Shown piece after piece: positions 16,739 to 25,883 of a stretch of DNA of 40,409 nt. Under the pieces are notes generated by a model that had not been told where the DNA came from, did not search any database, and worked only from the letters and a program-made list of their open reading frames with translations. The position numbers and the translations under genes were made by a program. The DNA is from an uncultured Deinococcales bacterium (GTDB lineage: Bacteria > Deinococcota > Deinococci > Deinococcales > JAAFIG01). The stretch covers positions 1 to 40,409 of the forward strand of contig CAXTTL010000014.1 of NCBI GenBank assembly GCA_964247135.1, in the 5' to 3' direction. Position 1 is the stretch's first letter; every line of letters begins with the position of its first letter.

Positions 16739-18105
16739 GTTTAAGCAGTATTTCCCCCATCGATGGTCGTTACGAAAACGCCACCGGCAGCCTGTCCGAA
16801 GTGCTGTCCGAACATGCGCTCATGAAGTACCGCGTCAAAGTCGAACTCGAGTGGTTGCGTTACCTGGCAAATTCCAAACTCGAGGGGATTCGCGCCATCT
16901 CGAGCGAGGAAAATGCGTTTCTTGACGGGTGGTTGGCATCGTATTCGCTCGAGGATTCGGATTGGATCAAGCACATTGAACGCACCACCAAGCACGATGT
17001 CAAAGCCGTCGAGTATTACATCCGCGAGAAATTGCAAGTCTCGAGTTTGATCGAACTGGGCGAGTTTGTGCATTTTGCGTGCACCAGCGAGGACATCAAC
17101 AATTTGGCGTATGCCATGATGCTGCGCGATGCGGTCAAAAACCATTGGTTGCCTGCCGCGCAGAACATGGTGAATGCCGTCTCGGGTTTGGCGGTAAACA
17201 CCCGCAGCCTGCCAATGATGGCGCGAACCCACGGGCAGCCCGCCTCACCGACCACTTTGGGCAAAGAATTGGCGGTCTTTGTCTACCGTTGGCAGCGCCA
17301 ATTAAAGCAAATCGCCAGCCTCGAGTATTTGGGGAAGTTCGCGGGTGCGGTTGGAAATTTTAATGCGCACACCAGCGCGTATCCTGACGCGAATTGGCGT
17401 GAATTGGCTCGGGATTTTGTCGAGAACACATTGGGTTTGACGTTCAATCCGCTGACCACGCAGATCGAATCGCACGATTACATTGCCGAATTGTTTCATG
17501 CCACGGCGCGTTTTAACCAAATCGCGCTGGGTTTCGCCCAAGATGTCTGGCAGTACATTTCTGTGGGTTATTTCAAGCAACGTGTGATCGCTGGCGAGGT
17601 AGGCTCGAGCACCATGCCGCACAAGGTCAATCCAATTGACTTCGAGAATGCCGAAGCCAATTTTGGGCTGGCGAACGCGACCCTCAATCACCTCGCATCA
17701 AAATTGCAAATCTCGAGGTTGCAACGTGATCTTTCAGACTCGAGCGCACTGCGAAACGTGGGTGTTGGCATCGCGCACGGCATGATTGCGCTCTCGAGTT
17801 TGAATCGTGGCATTGGCAAGCTTGAGGTCAATGAACCCGCCATTCATGCCGACCTCGAGCATGAATGGGCGTTGTTGGCTGAACCCGTGCAAACTGTTAT
17901 GCGCAAGTACAACCTCAAAGGCGGGTACGAACGCATGAAAGATTTAACACGCGGCGAAACCGTGACCGAAGCCATCATGCACGAGTTCATTCAAAGCCTC
18001 GAGATACCAGAAAACGACAAAAAACGCTTGCTCGAGTTGCGCCCAGAAACCTATGTTGGTCTGGCGGATGGTCTGGTGGATGTGATTCTCGAGGATAAGG
18101 CATGA
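16735..18105 (+). CDS. purB: Adenylosuccinate lyase (E. coli-like type)
   Basis: SPIDGRY, TKHDVKAVEY, HFACTSEDINN, RTHGQPA, GSSTMPHKVNPIDFEN. ATG 16735 overlaps the vapC stop. Confidence 0.96.
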   Translation: MSLSSISPIDGRYENATGSLSEVLSEHALMKYRVKVELEWLRYLANSKLEGIRAISSEENAFLDGWLASYSLEDSDWIKHIERTTKHDVKAVEYYIREKLQVSSLIELGEFVHFACTSEDINNLAYAMMLRDAVKNHWLPAAQNMVNAVSGLAVNTRSLPMMARTHGQPASPTTLGKELAVFVYRWQRQLKQIASLEYLGKFAGAVGNFNAHTSAYPDANWRELARDFVENTLGLTFNPLTTQIESHDYIAELFHATARFNQIALGFAQDVWQYISVGYFKQRVIAGEVGSSTMPHKVNPIDFENAEANFGLANATLNHLASKLQISRLQRDLSDSSALRNVGVGIAHGMIALSSLNRGIGKLEVNEPAIHADLEHEWALLAEPVQTVMRKYNLKGGYERMKDLTRGETVTEAIMHEFIQSLEIPENDKKRLLELRPETYVGLADGLVDVILEDKA

Positions 18106-18731
18106 GCAAAGCTCGAGTGGCGGTCTTGATTTCGGGTTCTGGCTCGAATTTACAGGCACTCATTGACGCGTCTCGAGAGAACATTTTGAAGGCTGAAATC
18201 GTGCTGGTCGTCTCGAACCGCAAAGCCGCCTTTGGACTCGAGCGAGCCAAAAACGCGGGCATCCAAACCTTGTACTTTCCTTTAAAACCCTACCGCGACA
18301 CAGGTCGAACCCGTGAAGAATACGACGCTGATTTAGCCTCGAGCATCGCCGAATTTAAGCCTGATCTGCTGGTTTGCGCGGGTTGGATGCACATTGATTC
18401 TGGCGCGTTGATCGAAGGTTTTCCTGGTCGGATCATCAATTTGCATCCCGCATTGCCTGGGGAATTTCCTGGCGCTCATGGCATCGAGGATGCGTTTAAG
18501 GCGTGGCAACGCGGTGAAATCTCGAGGAGCGGCTGCATGGTGCATCATGTGATCAAAGATTTGGACGCTGGCGAACCCATCGCCACTCGAGAAGTGCCGT
18601 TTGAAACTGGTGACACGCTCGAGAGTTATGCTGAAAAAATCCATAAAGCAGAACATGAATTGATCGTTGAAAGCACCAATATCGCACTCGAAAATTTAAG
18701 AAAATCCCCTACGTTCCTGCCCACCCAATAA
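18102..18731 (+). CDS. purN: Phosphoribosylglycinamide formyltransferase
   Basis: LISGSGSNLQALID, INLHPALP, GCMVHHV, LDAGEPI. Confidence 0.93.
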   Translation: MSKARVAVLISGSGSNLQALIDASRENILKAEIVLVVSNRKAAFGLERAKNAGIQTLYFPLKPYRDTGRTREEYDADLASSIAEFKPDLLVCAGWMHIDSGALIEGFPGRIINLHPALPGEFPGAHGIEDAFKAWQRGEISRSGCMVHHVIKDLDAGEPIATREVPFETGDTLESYAEKIHKAEHELIVESTNIALENLRKSPTFLPTQ

Positions 18732-18766
18732 AGACGAACTGAGAGTCGTCATTGTTAAGGAGAAAA

Positions 18767-21700
18767 ATGCCAATTTACCGCGTCGAAGTCGAACTGAAAA
18801 CCCCGCCGAACCCGCAAGAAATCCGCTCGAGGTTGTACTTTCTTGAAGGTGCAGATTTAACGCTCGAGGAAGTAGAATTGCTGACCCATGAGGTCTTGTG
18901 CGACCCTGTGACGGAGCAAAGCCGCATTTTCCCAGATGGTGAACGTGTGTTTGACGGCTCGAGTTGCATTGAAGTGACGATGTTGCCTGGAGTCACGGAT
19001 TCGGCGGCGGAGAATTTGGTGCGTGCGGCAATGGTGTTGCGGGTAATTTCGCTCGAGCAGGCGGCAACGGGCGAACGGATTGTTCTGAAAGTGAATTATT
19101 CGCAAATCGAATTGCAAAAACTGGCGAGCAGCGTGTACTCCAATCCTGTGGTGCAGCGTTCCAGCATCAACTCGGGCATCACGCCACCATTTGTTCACAG
19201 CGAAAAAAGCGCAAATACAGCCGTTGAAATGATTGACCTGAGGGACGCAGATGATGCGCGGCTGCTCGAGATTTCCCGCGAGCGACGCTTGGCGCTGGAT
19301 TTGACCGAGATGCAAGCCGTACAAGCCTATTACCAAAAAGAAGCTCGAGCGGCGGCAGATGTCGAGCTTGAGATGATCGCGCAAACCTGGTCTGAACACT
19401 GCGTTCACAAGACCTTCAGGGCGAAGATTGAGGGTTCTGACGGCTCGAGCGTGAATGGTTTGTTGAAGACCTATATTGTCGCAGCGAACGCAAAAATCAA
19501 CAAATCTTGGGTTCGCAGCGCGATCAAGGACAACGCGGGCATGATCGAATTTGACGAGGAATTCGACCTGGCGTTCAAAGTCGAAACGCATAACCACCCC
19601 AGCGCCCTCGAGCCTTTTGGTGGCGCGAACACGGGTGCTGGCGGCGTGATTCGTGACGTGCTGGCGGTGGGGGCGCGACCGATTGCGAACACGGACATTC
19701 TGTGCTTTGGTCCGCTCGAGAAAACAAACGTTCCCGAAGGTGTGCTGCCACCGCAACGCGTGTTTGATGGCGTGGTGCATGGCATCGAAGATTATGGCAA
19801 CAAAATGGGCATTCCAACCGTCAACGGCGCGATTTTTTACCACGAGGGTTACACCGCAAATCCGCTCGTGTTCGCGGGTTGCTTGGGTATTCTTCCCGCC
19901 TCCGAACGCAATGCCAACCCCTTAAAAGCCAAACCAGGCGATTTGATTGTCGCGCTTGGAGGTCGCACCGGACGCGATGGTTTGCGCGGCGCGACCTTCT
20001 CGAGTTTGGAAATGGACACCAGCACTGCCGAAATTGCTGGCGCGAGCGTGCAAATCGGCAATCCGATCACCGAGAAGCAAGTTCAAGAAGTCATTTTAAA
20101 AGCCAAATCCGAAAACCTCTACTCCGCACTCACCGATTGCGGCGCAGGGGGCTTCTCGAGCGCTGTGGGCGAAATGAGCGAGGGTCTTGGCGCACGGGTG
20201 CAACTCGAGCGGGCGTTGTTGAAATACCCTGGCTTGCAACCTTGGGAAATCTGGTTGTCTGAAGCCCAAGAACGAATGGTGCTGGGCGTGCCAAAAGAGA
20301 ACTGGGCAAGACTCGAGCAAATTTGTGAATCCCAAAACGTTGAGGCTTTCGTGCTCGGCGAATTCAACGATTCGGGACGCCTCGAGTTGCGGTACGGCGA
20401 AACCTTGGTTGGGCAGTTGGCGCTCGAGATTTTGCACAATGGCATCCCGCAAAAAACCCTACAAGCCGATGTTCCAAAACGCAACATTACCGTAGGGGCG
20501 AGGGCGCAGCAAGCAGCGCCCCTACAAAATGGCGATTTAACAACATCCTTGCTCGAGCTTCTGGCACACCCAAACATCAAATCCAAAGAACCCGTGATTC
20601 GCCGTTACGACCACGAGGTGAAAGGCGGCACAGCCGTCAAACCCCTCGTCGGCGCCGCCAATCACGGTCCGAGCGATGCCGCAGTCCTTGTACCCAATCC
20701 CTCGAGCCTCAAAACCATCATTCGCGGCGTGTCGCTCTCGAACGGCATCTGCCCGCAATTCGGCGAACTCGAGCCTTACGCGATGGCGTGGGCTGCGGTG
20801 GATGAAGCGGTACGGAACGCGGTGGCGGTTGGCGCTGACCCAGACCGGATTGCGATTCTCGATAATTTTTGTTGGGGCAACCCAACCCTGCCGGATCGTT
20901 TGGGTGGTCTGCTCGAGACCACCCGTGGTTGTTATGACGCGGCACTGGCATATGGCACACCGTTTATTTCGGGTAAGGACAGTTTGTACAACGAGTACAC
21001 CGACGAGTCTGGCGCAAAACACGCGATTCCTGGAACACTCTTGATTAGCGCGTTGGGCATTGTGCCTGACGTAAAGAAGACCGTCACGATGGATTTCAAA
21101 AAAGCGGGGAACTTGATTTACGTGCTTGGTGAAACTCGAAATGAGTTGGGTGCAAGTCATTACGCCAAGATTCGCAATCTCGAGGGTGGCACAGTTCCAC
21201 AGCCCGTCCAGAATCCACTCGAGCGATATCGCAAACTTCATACTGCAATTCAAAATGGTTGGATTCAGTCATGTCACGATCTTTCTGAGGGTGGATTTGC
21301 TGTTGCACTTGCTGAAATGTGTATTGCTGGGCGTCTCGGAGCGACGGTACTCATTGATAAGAAAACCTGTTGGGATCAAGTCGAAGCAGATACTTTCATA
21401 TTTAGCGAATCACTTGCAAGATTGATTCTTGAAGTTGCACCAGAACACAGGGATCACATTGATGATCTATTTGGCGATGGGATTTGTGATGTCGTTGGTG
21501 TAGTGAACGAAAATCCTGATGTGATTTTTGAATATTACGGTGGAATCATGCTTAAAACAAATGTAGCTACTTTGGAATTAGCGTGGCGCGGTGAGGTTGC
21601 ACCGAATCCAGTTTCGAGCCAATCTCGAGCTAAAATTTCGGCGGTTACGGGTTCTAAACCTGTGATGATTTTGCACGCGAACGGCAGCAACCGTGACCGT

Positions 21701-22399
21701 GACGCGGCGTTGGCGGTTCAACTCTCGGGTGGAAAACCCGAAATTGTTCACATCAACCAACTCTTGGACAATGAACGCAAGCTCGAGGATTACGCCATGC
21801 TGATCGTGCCTGGAGGTTTTTCTTACGGCGACGATTTGGGCGCGGGCGTGCTCTGGGCGCTCGATTTGCGGGCGCGTTTTGAAGATCAACTGACGGCGTT
21901 CGTCAAATCTGGTCAACCCGTGCTGGGCATCTGCAACGGCTTTCAAACGCTGGTCAAAGCTGGAATTCTGCCTGGCGACCACCTCGAGACGCGAACCAGC
22001 ACCCTGACTTTCAATCAATCAGGACATTTTGAATGTCGCTGGGTCACGCTCGAGATCAACAAGCACTCGGGCAGTATTTTCTTGCAAGGGCTGGACGATG
22101 TGATTGATTGCCCTGTCGCGCACGGTGAAGGTCGTTTCCTGGTGTCGGATAATGTCACCCTCGAGTATCTAAAATCCAACAACTTGATCGCTTTGACGTA
22201 TGCCGAAAATGCCTACCCTGCCAACCCAAACGGCAGCATCTCGAGCATCGCTGGCATCAGCAACGCCGCAGGCAATGTACTTGGGCTTATGCCGCATCCC
22301 GAAAATCATATTTTTGATTGGCAACACCCTCGAGTTCATCGCAATGAGCGCGGCGCAAGTGGTTTGGTCTTGTTCCAAAACGGTCTTAAAAACGCGTAA
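18767..22399 (+). CDS. purL: FGAM synthase with PurS-like, PurL and PurQ domains in one chain
   Basis: N-terminal LCDPV/PGVTD PurS-like region; WSEHCVHKTF, KVETHNHPSALEPFGGANTG, DCGAGG, SGKDS; C-terminal glutaminase PGGFSYGD, LGICNGFQ, AHGEG, MPHPE. RBS AAGGAG. Confidence 0.95.
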   Translation: MPIYRVEVELKTPPNPQEIRSRLYFLEGADLTLEEVELLTHEVLCDPVTEQSRIFPDGERVFDGSSCIEVTMLPGVTDSAAENLVRAAMVLRVISLEQAATGERIVLKVNYSQIELQKLASSVYSNPVVQRSSINSGITPPFVHSEKSANTAVEMIDLRDADDARLLEISRERRLALDLTEMQAVQAYYQKEARAAADVELEMIAQTWSEHCVHKTFRAKIEGSDGSSVNGLLKTYIVAANAKINKSWVRSAIKDNAGMIEFDEEFDLAFKVETHNHPSALEPFGGANTGAGGVIRDVLAVGARPIANTDILCFGPLEKTNVPEGVLPPQRVFDGVVHGIEDYGNKMGIPTVNGAIFYHEGYTANPLVFAGCLGILPASERNANPLKAKPGDLIVALGGRTGRDGLRGATFSSLEMDTSTAEIAGASVQIGNPITEKQVQEVILKAKSENLYSALTDCGAGGFSSAVGEMSEGLGARVQLERALLKYPGLQPWEIWLSEAQERMVLGVPKENWARLEQICESQNVEAFVLGEFNDSGRLELRYGETLVGQLALEILHNGIPQKTLQADVPKRNITVGARAQQAAPLQNGDLTTSLLELLAHPNIKSKEPVIRRYDHEVKGGTAVKPLVGAANHGPSDAAVLVPNPSSLKTIIRGVSLSNGICPQFGELEPYAMAWAAVDEAVRNAVAVGADPDRIAILDNFCWGNPTLPDRLGGLLETTRGCYDAALAYGTPFISGKDSLYNEYTDESGAKHAIPGTLLISALGIVPDVKKTVTMDFKKAGNLIYVLGETRNELGASHYAKIRNLEGGTVPQPVQNPLERYRKLHTAIQNGWIQSCHDLSEGGFAVALAEMCIAGRLGATVLIDKKTCWDQVEADTFIFSESLARLILEVAPEHRDHIDDLFGDGICDVVGVVNENPDVIFEYYGGIMLKTNVATLELAWRGEVAPNPVSSQSRAKISAVTGSKPVMILHANGSNRDRDAALAVQLSGGKPEIVHINQLLDNERKLEDYAMLIVPGGFSYGDDLGAGVLWALDLRARFEDQLTAFVKSGQPVLGICNGFQTLVKAGILPGDHLETRTSTLTFNQSGHFECRWVTLEINKHSGSIFLQGLDDVIDCPVAHGEGRFLVSDNVTLEYLKSNNLIALTYAENAYPANPNGSISSIAGISNAAGNVLGLMPHPENHIFDWQHPRVHRNERGASGLVLFQNGLKNA
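20492..20525. repeat. GTAG-family REP inside the purL coding sequence
   Basis: GTAGGGGCG-AGGGCGCAGCAAGCAGCGCCCCTAC; 20501-20525 is the exact reverse complement of the 25-mer at 25845 and 39583. Confidence 0.85.
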
Positions 22400-22406
22400 C
22401 GAATTC

Positions 22407-22432
22407 GTAGGGGCGAACCTTGTGTTCGCCCT
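22407..22432 (+). repeat. GTAG-family REP palindrome
   Basis: GTAGGGGCGAAC-CTTGT-GTTCGCCCT between purL and purC. Confidence 0.8.
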
Positions 22433-22476
22433 TTGCACATGTCGATTCATTTCAACACATCCGAAGAGGTCAACCA

Positions 22477-23427
22477 ATGCTCACCGATCAAGAATTATTA
22501 GAAGCCGTCCCAAACGCCCTCGAGCACGTCGATTTAACGGGTTTCGGTGACAAATTCACGGGCAAAGTCCGTGACATGTACCATCACAACGGCTCGAGAA
22601 TTCTGATTACCACCGACCGCGTGAGTGCGTTTGATGTGGTGCTGGGCACGATTCCGTTTAAGGGACAGGCGCTCAATCAACTCTCGGCGTGGTGGTTTGC
22701 GCAAACCAAAGACATCGTGGCAAATCATGTGCTTTCCGTCCCTGACGAGAATGTGACTGTCGCTCGAGAAGCCCTGCCATTGCCCGTGGAGGTGATTGTG
22801 CGCGGTTACATCACGGGGGTGACGAAAACCAGTTTGTGGTCGTTGTACGAATCTGGAATGCGCGAGGCTTATGGCATCAAATTGCCTGATGGTTTGCGCA
22901 AAAATGATGCGCTGCCCGAGCCGATCATCACACCGACCACCAAAGCCGAGGCGGGCGGGCATGACGAGCGTTTAACCCGCACGGAAATTCTCGAGCGTGG
23001 TCTGGTAAGCCTCGAGATTTGGGAGCAGGTCGAACGGGTTGCCGTGGCACTCTTTAAACGTGGTCAAGCCGTGGCTCGAGCGGCTGGTTTGGTTTTGGTG
23101 GACACCAAGTACGAGTTTGGTTTGATCGACGGGCAGCTTGTGCTCATTGACGAAATGCACACGCCCGATTCGAGTCGTTATTGGACGCTCGAGAGTCTGG
23201 AATCAGACCCAAGCAATCCAAAGAATTTTGACAAGGAATTTTTGCGCGAATGGTTTGTGATGCGCGGATATAAGGGTGACGGTGTGCCGCCCGTCATGCC
23301 GCCCGAATTTGTGGCGCAAGTCGCGGCGCGGTACATTGGGGCTTATGAAAAACTGACTGGACTCGAGTTTGTGCCTGGGGTGTTGCCTGCCAATGACCGC
23401 ATTCAAAAGAACCTCGAGCAATCTTAA
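22477..23427 (+). CDS. purC: SAICAR synthetase
   Basis: GKVRD, TTDRVSAFD, IPFKGQALNQ, EVIVRGY, TPTTKA, DTKYEFG, DEMHTPDSSRYW, DKEFLR. ATG 22477 follows GAGG. Confidence 0.95.
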   Translation: MLTDQELLEAVPNALEHVDLTGFGDKFTGKVRDMYHHNGSRILITTDRVSAFDVVLGTIPFKGQALNQLSAWWFAQTKDIVANHVLSVPDENVTVAREALPLPVEVIVRGYITGVTKTSLWSLYESGMREAYGIKLPDGLRKNDALPEPIITPTTKAEAGGHDERLTRTEILERGLVSLEIWEQVERVAVALFKRGQAVARAAGLVLVDTKYEFGLIDGQLVLIDEMHTPDSSRYWTLESLESDPSNPKNFDKEFLREWFVMRGYKGDGVPPVMPPEFVAQVAARYIGAYEKLTGLEFVPGVLPANDRIQKNLEQS

Positions 23428-23519
23428 TTCGGTTCTCGAGGCTCGAGTGGATGTTGAAAAAAACGCTGGCTCAGAGAAATCTAAGCCAGCGTGACATTGA
23501 TATTGTTGAATGTTGCTTC

Positions 23520-24059
23520 TCAGAAGCGGAAGGTCAGCCCCGTACCCAGCCCAAAACTTCCGGCGAATCCAACCACAAATTTGCCGTACAAATTGATGTC
23601 TCTCGAGAGGCGGAAATCGGCACCAAAGTCGAGCGACCCTGAAATGCCAGGCACCACAATCAACGCCAGGTTGGTAAATAAGTTAATGCTGGAGGTCACA
23701 AAATAATGAACCCCGCTGACAAAGCCAAAAATAAAAGCTGTGCCGCCGCCGCTGGCAATGCCGAGGTTAAAGCCAAAAAACACGTCGCCTTTGGGGTCGA
23801 ACTCAATGTTCAAGGTTGGTCCGACGCTGAGTAAAAAACTCACGCCGTTGGTAAACCCGATGATAAAGGTACCGTTTAACCCAAGGCTGAGGCTCGAGGA
23901 AAACCTTGCCAGTTCTTTGCCCTGAACGTTTGCATCGATGGCGAATCCCACGCCTGGGGCGAGGGTCAGTTGTGGACCAAAGCGCACCGTGAAATTTTGG
24001 GCGTTTGCAAAGCTCGAGAAGCCAACGATTGCCAGGAAAACGATTAGGAACTTTCTCAT
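23520..24059 (-). CDS. Small outer-membrane beta-barrel protein
   Basis: Signal peptide, alternating Gly/aromatic strands, terminal TFRF; RBS GGAGGA. Confidence 0.7.
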   Translation of the reverse strand: MRKFLIVFLAIVGFSSFANAQNFTVRFGPQLTLAPGVGFAIDANVQGKELARFSSSLSLGLNGTFIIGFTNGVSFLLSVGPTLNIEFDPKGDVFFGFNLGIASGGGTAFIFGFVSGVHYFVTSSINLFTNLALIVVPGISGSLDFGADFRLSRDINLYGKFVVGFAGSFGLGTGLTFRF

Positions 24060-24241
24060 ATGATCCTCCTTCTTGGATTTATCGCCAACAGAATACCCCA
24101 AGTTTGTGGTTTTGGTTGCAATAACTTCAATTTTGTTGAGCCTCAGCCGTAAAGCCTTGTTTTCAAGCCATAAAACGACGCGTGTTTTGCAACTTGTGTT
24201 ATCCTGCTTTTGCAGTGAATTCCATGACCTGGGAGGTCAAA

Positions 24242-24697
24242 ATGAAGCTTAAGAAATTGCTCATCGGTCTGATCGCGTTTTTGATGTTCGCCTCGCCTTC
24301 TTTCGCGCAGTCTTTCGGTATTCGTCTGGGTTATCCCATTGGTATTCAATACAGCAGTGCAAACCCTGGCAATCAAGGCACTGGTTTCCGTATCGCGCTC
24401 GAATCGTTCTTTTTTGCCAACATTGGCATCCAAGGCGATTTGATGCTTGGTCAAATTGAACTGACCAAAAACGCCCCTCTCACTTTGTTTTATGGTGTGG
24501 GTCTTCACGCGGGTCTTGGTTTCGCGGGCAGTTATTTCTATGTTGGACCTCAAGGTACCATTGGTCTTGAATACCTGTTGCAACCAAGCATTTCCTTGTT
24601 CCTCGATTGGAGTCTTGGTTTGGACCTTCAATTTGGACTTGGTAACCTGATTGGTTTTTATTACGGCGGGGCGTTCGGTATCAGTTTCAAGGTCTAG
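24242..24697 (+). CDS. Small outer-membrane beta-barrel protein
   Basis: Signal peptide ending FA-Q, GIRLGYPIGI, YGVGLHAG, GTIGLEY, GGAFGISFKV; RBS GGAGG. Confidence 0.7.
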   Translation: MKLKKLLIGLIAFLMFASPSFAQSFGIRLGYPIGIQYSSANPGNQGTGFRIALESFFFANIGIQGDLMLGQIELTKNAPLTLFYGVGLHAGLGFAGSYFYVGPQGTIGLEYLLQPSISLFLDWSLGLDLQFGLGNLIGFYYGGAFGISFKV

Positions 24698-24717
24698 GTT
24701 TCAAACCCATCAATCAC

Positions 24718-24745
24718 GGGCGGCTTTGTGCCGCCCTTTTCTTTT
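24718..24745 (+). terminator. Intrinsic terminator
   Basis: GGGCGGC-tttgt-GCCGCCC followed by TTTTCTTTT. Confidence 0.8.
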
Positions 24746-24782
24746 GCGGCAAAGCCGAAATTCTCGAGCTAGAATAAACCCG

Positions 24783-25826
24783 ATGATCTTGCGCAGTTTG
24801 CAAACCTTAAATTACCGTCATCTCGAGGCTGGCAAACTCGAGTTTCCGCTGGGTTTGATCGCGGTGGTGGGTGGGAACGCGCAGGGCAAAACCAATTTGC
24901 TCGAGGCGGCGTTTGTTTGCCTCACGGGGGTGCTCGAGGTGAGCAGGGTCGAAACCGTGATTCGGCTCGGTGAACACGAGGCGTTTGTCGGGGCGGAACT
25001 CGAGCGTGAGGATGGTATCAGCAAGCTCGAGGTGGGCTTGGCGAAGGGCAAGAAGTTGGCGAAGGTTGACGGCGTGCGGGTCAAAACGGCTGATCTGGCG
25101 CGTTATGCCTCGGCGGTGCTGATTCGTCCCGAGGATGCGGATTTGGTGCATGGTTCACCGTCTGGACGGCGGGCGTTTTTGGATGCGCTCGTCTCGAGAA
25201 TGTCGCCACGTTACGCTCAAGCACTTGTTTTATACGAACGGACTTTGGCGCAACGCAACGCGGCGTTAAAAGTTGGCGGCGTGGGTTTGGAAGTCTGGGA
25301 TTCGCGGTTTGCAGAGTTGGGCGCGGAAATCATGCGGTTGCGGCGACGTGCGGTTAACAAACTCAAAACCTTGACCGAAACCGCGCACACCAACTTGGCG
25401 GGCAACAGCAAAAAACTCGAGTTGAACCTTCTCGAAACCGCCCGACTCGAGGATTTTCACGCGCATTTGAATGAAAAACGCCGTGAGGAATTGGCTCGAG
25501 GCTCAAGCGCGATTGGACCGCACCGCGACGACCTCGAGATTCGATTGGGGAACGTGTCTGCGCTCGATTATGCTTCCCGGGGTGAAGCCCGAACCATTGC
25601 CCTGGCGATGCGCAAAGCCGAATTTGATTTGCTCAGCGAAAAATTTGGTGAAGCCCCAGTGCTTTTGATTGACGATTTCAGCGCCGAACTCGACGCGCAC
25701 CGCCGTCAATTCTTGCTCGAGCTTGCCTCAAGCGTGCCGCAGGCGATTGTGACCGGTACGGAAGCGCCCGACCAAGCCAGCAAGTTGTTCAAGATCGAAA
25801 ATGGCAAACTCGAGGTTCAATCATGA
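24783..25826 (+). CDS. recF: DNA replication/repair protein RecF
   Basis: NYRHL, GGNAQGKTNLLEA, GSPSGRRAFLD, GPHRDD, ASRGEART, LLIDDFSAELD. TAGAAT 7 nt before ATG 24783. Confidence 0.95.
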   Translation: MILRSLQTLNYRHLEAGKLEFPLGLIAVVGGNAQGKTNLLEAAFVCLTGVLEVSRVETVIRLGEHEAFVGAELEREDGISKLEVGLAKGKKLAKVDGVRVKTADLARYASAVLIRPEDADLVHGSPSGRRAFLDALVSRMSPRYAQALVLYERTLAQRNAALKVGGVGLEVWDSRFAELGAEIMRLRRRAVNKLKTLTETAHTNLAGNSKKLELNLLETARLEDFHAHLNEKRREELARGSSAIGPHRDDLEIRLGNVSALDYASRGEARTIALAMRKAEFDLLSEKFGEAPVLLIDDFSAELDAHRRQFLLELASSVPQAIVTGTEAPDQASKLFKIENGKLEVQS

Positions 25827-25844
25827 TGCCGTTTCAAAAATTAT

Positions 25845-25869
25845 GTAGGGGCGCTGCTTGCTGCGCCCT
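25845..25869 (+). repeat. GTAG-family REP
   Basis: GTAGGGGCGCTGCTTGCTGCGCCCT in the recF-DUF721 intergenic region. Confidence 0.85.
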
Positions 25870-25883
25870 TTCGAGGTTACCCC

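Noticed and set aside
18705-18711. REP half-site CCCCTAC at the end of purN
   Set aside because: Only 7 bp with no palindromic partner; could be chance.
24651-24782. ORF-track N-terminal extensions (recF 24651, P450 3467, purF 12050, purC 22420, pqqD 29861, alkA 33554)
   Set aside because: They overlap terminators, REPs, tmRNA or neighbouring genes, or lack start signals; downstream starts have a better RBS, -10 or homology boundary.
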